DNA of 64,000 nucleotides from Spirochaetia bacterium (lineage in GTDB: Bacteria > Spirochaetota > Spirochaetia > SZUA-6 > Bin103), in NCBI GenBank assembly GCA_965243555.1, contig OZ251575.1:2977000-3040999 (forward strand), read 5' to 3'. A program made the position numbers and the translations under genes. The notes under the pieces were generated by a model. It was not told where the DNA came from. It worked only from the letters and a program-made list of their open reading frames with translations, and did no database searches. Below are positions 60,628-64,000 of the stretch, piece after piece (position 1 is the first letter of the stretch; every line of letters begins with the position of its first letter).

Positions 60628-61491
60628 TTGGCCGATCTCCCCACAGCAGCATTCCTGAAACTTCGCCGGCAGTTCTTCGGTGACGACGGAACTCCCATTC
60701 CCTTCCCGTTGCGTGACAAGCGGAACACACAAGACGATCCTCTCGACGAGTTTCTGGCCCTCGACGTCCTCGCCAGCCTTGAGGACGTGACTTGTGTCCG
60801 AGCGCCCGGCCCGCTGATCACGCCGGATTTCGTACTGTACCGGACCAACGTTCAAGTCAGCCGCGCCGACGACCTGGATCAGATCGTGGGTATCGAGGTC
60901 AAAAAGATTGAACGAACGGACCGCGGAACCGTCGCACGTGCAACCGGACTCGACTTCAACACGACGCCGCCATGCGGAACAATCCGCGTATACGACGCGG
61001 CCACGGAACCGTTCGATATCCGTGGATTCTATCTGTTCGTATGCCTTGAGCATCTGCCACAGACTTCGAATCATGCAATCGTGTCGGCACTTGCCATCGT
61101 TGACGGCAATGTTCTGAACGATGACTTCGATCTCTATCTGAGCATCACCGGAGAGCGCACGAAACGTATCGGGCTTGGGACATACTCGGATGGCGTAGAC
61201 CGTGCCCGGCCCATGCTGATATTTGCCAATCCTTTGGGAGTGCCCGAGATCAGTCGTGGTGCAACGCTGATCCACGCAGACGATTCTCTTGCCGCCTCGG
61301 TCAACGATCTTGCACTTGCGTTCATTCTGAAAAGGTCAGTTCCCGGAGGCGACTATCACACCTACTACTGCTATCGCCCGCACCGGGACGCCGCCGGTCC
61401 GCTACGCGAATTGGTGGATCCGTTCCCGACGCCCCGACGTGATACGAGGACTCGTCAAAGAGGCCGCTTCAGGCTTCCATTTACGCTGTAG
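60628..61491 (+). CDS. putative type II restriction endonuclease (PD-(D/E)XK)
   Basis: TPDF...GIEVKK motif. Lower GC. Converges on and overlaps a DNA methyltransferase. Confidence 0.6.
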   Translation: MADLPTAAFLKLRRQFFGDDGTPIPFPLRDKRNTQDDPLDEFLALDVLASLEDVTCVRAPGPLITPDFVLYRTNVQVSRADDLDQIVGIEVKKIERTDRGTVARATGLDFNTTPPCGTIRVYDAATEPFDIRGFYLFVCLEHLPQTSNHAIVSALAIVDGNVLNDDFDLYLSITGERTKRIGLGTYSDGVDRARPMLIFANPLGVPEISRGATLIHADDSLAASVNDLALAFILKRSVPGGDYHTYYCYRPHRDAAGPLRELVDPFPTPRRDTRTRQRGRFRLPFTL

Positions 61492-63661
61492 CAGTTGCTT
61501 CGAACAAGGAAAGCTGGGTGACGGAAGGAACACCCTGACTCGCCGGCACTTCAACTCTCCGGTTACGCCACAACTCTTCCGTAAGCCTGCCGGTTTTCGG
61601 CAGCAACAGATCCAAGCTACGGCCCACCTCACTGCCGTTTCTCCCGGCGCTCAGCTCAACCAAGAGCTGACTCAAGAGGATGACTCGCACGTCGTTCAAC
61701 GACACTTCACGACCTGCGGAGATGAACCTCTCAACCCGGCTCCTGACGGTTTCTACTGCCGCTTCGAGTGCGCCGGGAGCGGTGCGGCGTTCGCGCACAT
61801 CGTCGGCTCGCTTGCGGCAGATGATCAGTACGTCCAGATCGATCGGGTGTTTCGCCTGACTCTTCGGCGTGGCACCTGACATTTCCGACTTCACGGGTTG
61901 CGATTGAACCATTGAGAACCCGGCGCCCAACACCGCTTCCGCGACCGCCGTCCAGCCACTGTTCCGGGAATGATGGTAGCTGAACACGAGAAGGCCCCGA
62001 TCGCGCAGGACCCGGTTGCATTCCCGGAAGACAGCTCGCAGCTTGGTCGAAAACCGGGCGGCGTCGGTGTCCTGGACCTCTTCCGGGCGCCGTGTCGTGC
62101 TACTCGCCCCCCCCTGGTCAAAGAAGTAGAGTTGCTGCCATGCGTGGAAGAAGTCGGCTAACTCCGAATAGTGCACGTTATCAAAGAACGGCGGATCCGT
62201 AACTACGAGGTCCACGCTCTTGGCGGGCAAGTCAGTGCGGGCGGAATCGCCGCACGACAGGTACGTCGCTCCCGGCGAGAGTCCAACCCTGGGGTACGAC
62301 GCCAGGATCGGCGCTCCCATAGGAGGGCTCACGCCGTAGACTTTCCGCCCCGACTTGCCGGCGCGATGACGCTCGACGGCGATCTCGAACGGAGCCTCCC
62401 GGTAGTCCAACGCTCTCTTGAGTCGGCTCCTGTAGAGAGTCGAGAACGCGCCCGAGCTCTTGGTGGTCCCCCACGGGTTGGCCTCGATCGGCGTTCGCTC
62501 CGGCTTCAATATGTGGTGAGAGAACATGTGACGTACGGCGCCGGTTCCCTCGCCCTTGTAGGACGCGAACATGTTATTGAACTCAAGGGTACCGGAGAAC
62601 AATACGGCCAAAGCGTCGCGCGCCTCCCCGGCAGGCAGGGCCTGAATTGAAGCTGCAAGCATGGTGAGCGCAAGAAGCTGGCGCTCGTTGAACAGCTCAT
62701 GCCAGTGCCGGTAGCCGTAGTTGAGTATCTGCCTGGTGTTATAGCCGGCTTCTATTGGTACGGACGGCATCGGATAATTCGTACGAAGTCGTCGTCGAGC
62801 CGCCTCGTAGGCGCACCGATCGTCGGCCGTGATAGCCAGGTACTCCTTGGAACCATCGGCTCGCAGGACCAGCTTGGCGTACATGCGATGCTGCGGAGGA
62901 TGGCCGCAGGCCGCGGCCGTCCTGGCGATCGGGAATTCATGCGTGCAGTGCCGGCACACGGCGGTCGTTCGACGCGCAGGGCCGGTCCGGGGATCAAACT
63001 GTTTACCGCACGGGCACGAGACGGATTCATCGTCATGGCGACACGACAGGACTCCATCGCAGTAAGGACAGATTGCTTTGGCCGCAGGATGCCGAACCCG
63101 GTCGGCGTGAGAAGCGAAGATATACTTGGCGAAGAGGTCGACGCGACTCTCGCAGGCCGGACACGAGAGAAACTTGACCCAGAAATAGTAGAGGACCTGG
63201 CACGGTTGGCCGCTGCCGTCAGTGGACTGATACAGCTGTCGCAGCTCGCTGCCGACACTTGCCGCCACCTGCTCGAAAAGAGCATGGATCTCGGCCCGCT
63301 CGAGCGGACCGAGAGCAACTCTCGAGGCTCGGTAGGCAACCGGGTTGATGTCGCGGCCAATGGCGGTACAGCCGAGTTTTTGTGCCTCGCCGATAGTAGT
63401 ACCGCTCCCCATGAAGGGATCAAATACTACGACTCCCGGCAGACGTAGCGGTTCGTAGAACAGGTCCATGACCGAGGCTCCCCGCGGCGCGGAAGCAGCG
63501 ATGATGGCGGCGCGAAACACGGACCCGAGCCGTTGCGCCCACCACTTGTGGACGTGGTACGGAGGCCGGTATATTTCCTTCCTCCAGCTTTCGATTTCCG
63601 CGACTTCGCTTACTTGCTCGAATGGAAAGTCGTGCTCAATCGCACGCCGCCCTACCTCCAC
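61481..63661 (-). CDS. DUF1156-like amino DNA methyltransferase with Cys-rich (zinc-finger) insertion
   Basis: HKWWAQR, DPFMGSGTT, DINPVA, several CxxC, FNERQL, TDPPF.DN. Confidence 0.85.
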   Translation of the reverse strand: MEVGRRAIEHDFPFEQVSEVAEIESWRKEIYRPPYHVHKWWAQRLGSVFRAAIIAASAPRGASVMDLFYEPLRLPGVVVFDPFMGSGTTIGEAQKLGCTAIGRDINPVAYRASRVALGPLERAEIHALFEQVAASVGSELRQLYQSTDGSGQPCQVLYYFWVKFLSCPACESRVDLFAKYIFASHADRVRHPAAKAICPYCDGVLSCRHDDESVSCPCGKQFDPRTGPARRTTAVCRHCTHEFPIARTAAACGHPPQHRMYAKLVLRADGSKEYLAITADDRCAYEAARRRLRTNYPMPSVPIEAGYNTRQILNYGYRHWHELFNERQLLALTMLAASIQALPAGEARDALAVLFSGTLEFNNMFASYKGEGTGAVRHMFSHHILKPERTPIEANPWGTTKSSGAFSTLYRSRLKRALDYREAPFEIAVERHRAGKSGRKVYGVSPPMGAPILASYPRVGLSPGATYLSCGDSARTDLPAKSVDLVVTDPPFFDNVHYSELADFFHAWQQLYFFDQGGASSTTRRPEEVQDTDAARFSTKLRAVFRECNRVLRDRGLLVFSYHHSRNSGWTAVAEAVLGAGFSMVQSQPVKSEMSGATPKSQAKHPIDLDVLIICRKRADDVRERRTAPGALEAAVETVRSRVERFISAGREVSLNDVRVILLSQLLVELSAGRNGSEVGRSLDLLLPKTGRLTEELWRNRRVEVPASQGVPSVTQLSLFEATATA

Positions 63662-63700
63662 GGTAACTATCGTGCGTCAGTGTCGTTGGCCGATCGGCCG

Positions 63701-64000
63701 CTACGGGGCGCCTACCTCCGAGGCCTCGGGGCGCCGTCTCGGGGCGTCGCCGGTCTGCCACATCAAAGGACGGCGCACCTCTGCGATCTGTTGTTCAAGC
63801 CTGTCGTCACCGCGGTCGATCCTTTCGCCCACGCGGTCGATCCGGGTGACCAAGCGGTTTTCGACCGCGCCGATCTCCTCTCTGAGACGGCCTTCCACCG
63901 CACCGACCTCCTCTTTGAGGCGGCCTTCGACCGCGCCGATCTCCGTCTTGATCTCCTTGAAGCGTCCGTCCAACCGCCCAAAGATCAGCGAAGCCAAGGC
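63701..64000 (-). CDS. small coiled-coil protein with 11-residue repeats (5' end outside window)
   Basis: EIGAVEGRLKE-type repeats. Frame open to the window edge. Confidence 0.6.
   Translation of the reverse strand, partial: ALASLIFGRLDGRFKEIKTEIGAVEGRLKEEVGAVEGRLREEIGAVENRLVTRIDRVGERIDRGDDRLEQQIAEVRRPLMWQTGDAPRRRPEASEVGAP
63860..63951. repeat. 33-bp coding tandem repeat, ~2.8 copies
   Basis: Units start at 63860, 63893 and 63926. Confidence 0.85.

Overview
A very GC-rich bacterial chromosome segment. It is most likely from a spirochaete, inferred from the class I lysyl-tRNA synthetase and the spirochaete-type ClpP. The backbone carries two family-5 (Opp/Dpp-type) ABC importers, a MacB/FtsX-type exporter, trpB2, clpP, era, apbE, mnmA, rpiA, lysS, rlpA, nadE, an Rrf2-cysH-cysD-cysNC-cobA/hemD sulfate-activation operon, and two CCA-less tRNA genes (Leu-CAG, Arg-CCT). 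Small, mostly lower-GC defence-like insertions interrupt it repeatedly: an AAA_21 ATPase, a lectin-like/NDT fusion, a truncated sspA-sspB-sspC phosphorothioation locus, an ATPase-nuclease, an ATPase plus TOPRIM-like pair, a Fic protein and a type II R-M pair. No integrase, transposase or CRISPR array is visible. Main leads: (1) a ~300-nt promoter-bearing, extensively base-paired non-coding locus at 19.82-20.18 kb that matches no RNA family I recognise; (2) two insertions bracketed by a decayed copy of an internal piece of the upstream host gene; (3) a SulA/CapB-like sulfonolipid synthase candidate; (4) tRNA-mRNA fusions and widespread leaderless-type starts. All assignments come from reading motifs by eye; no searches were run.
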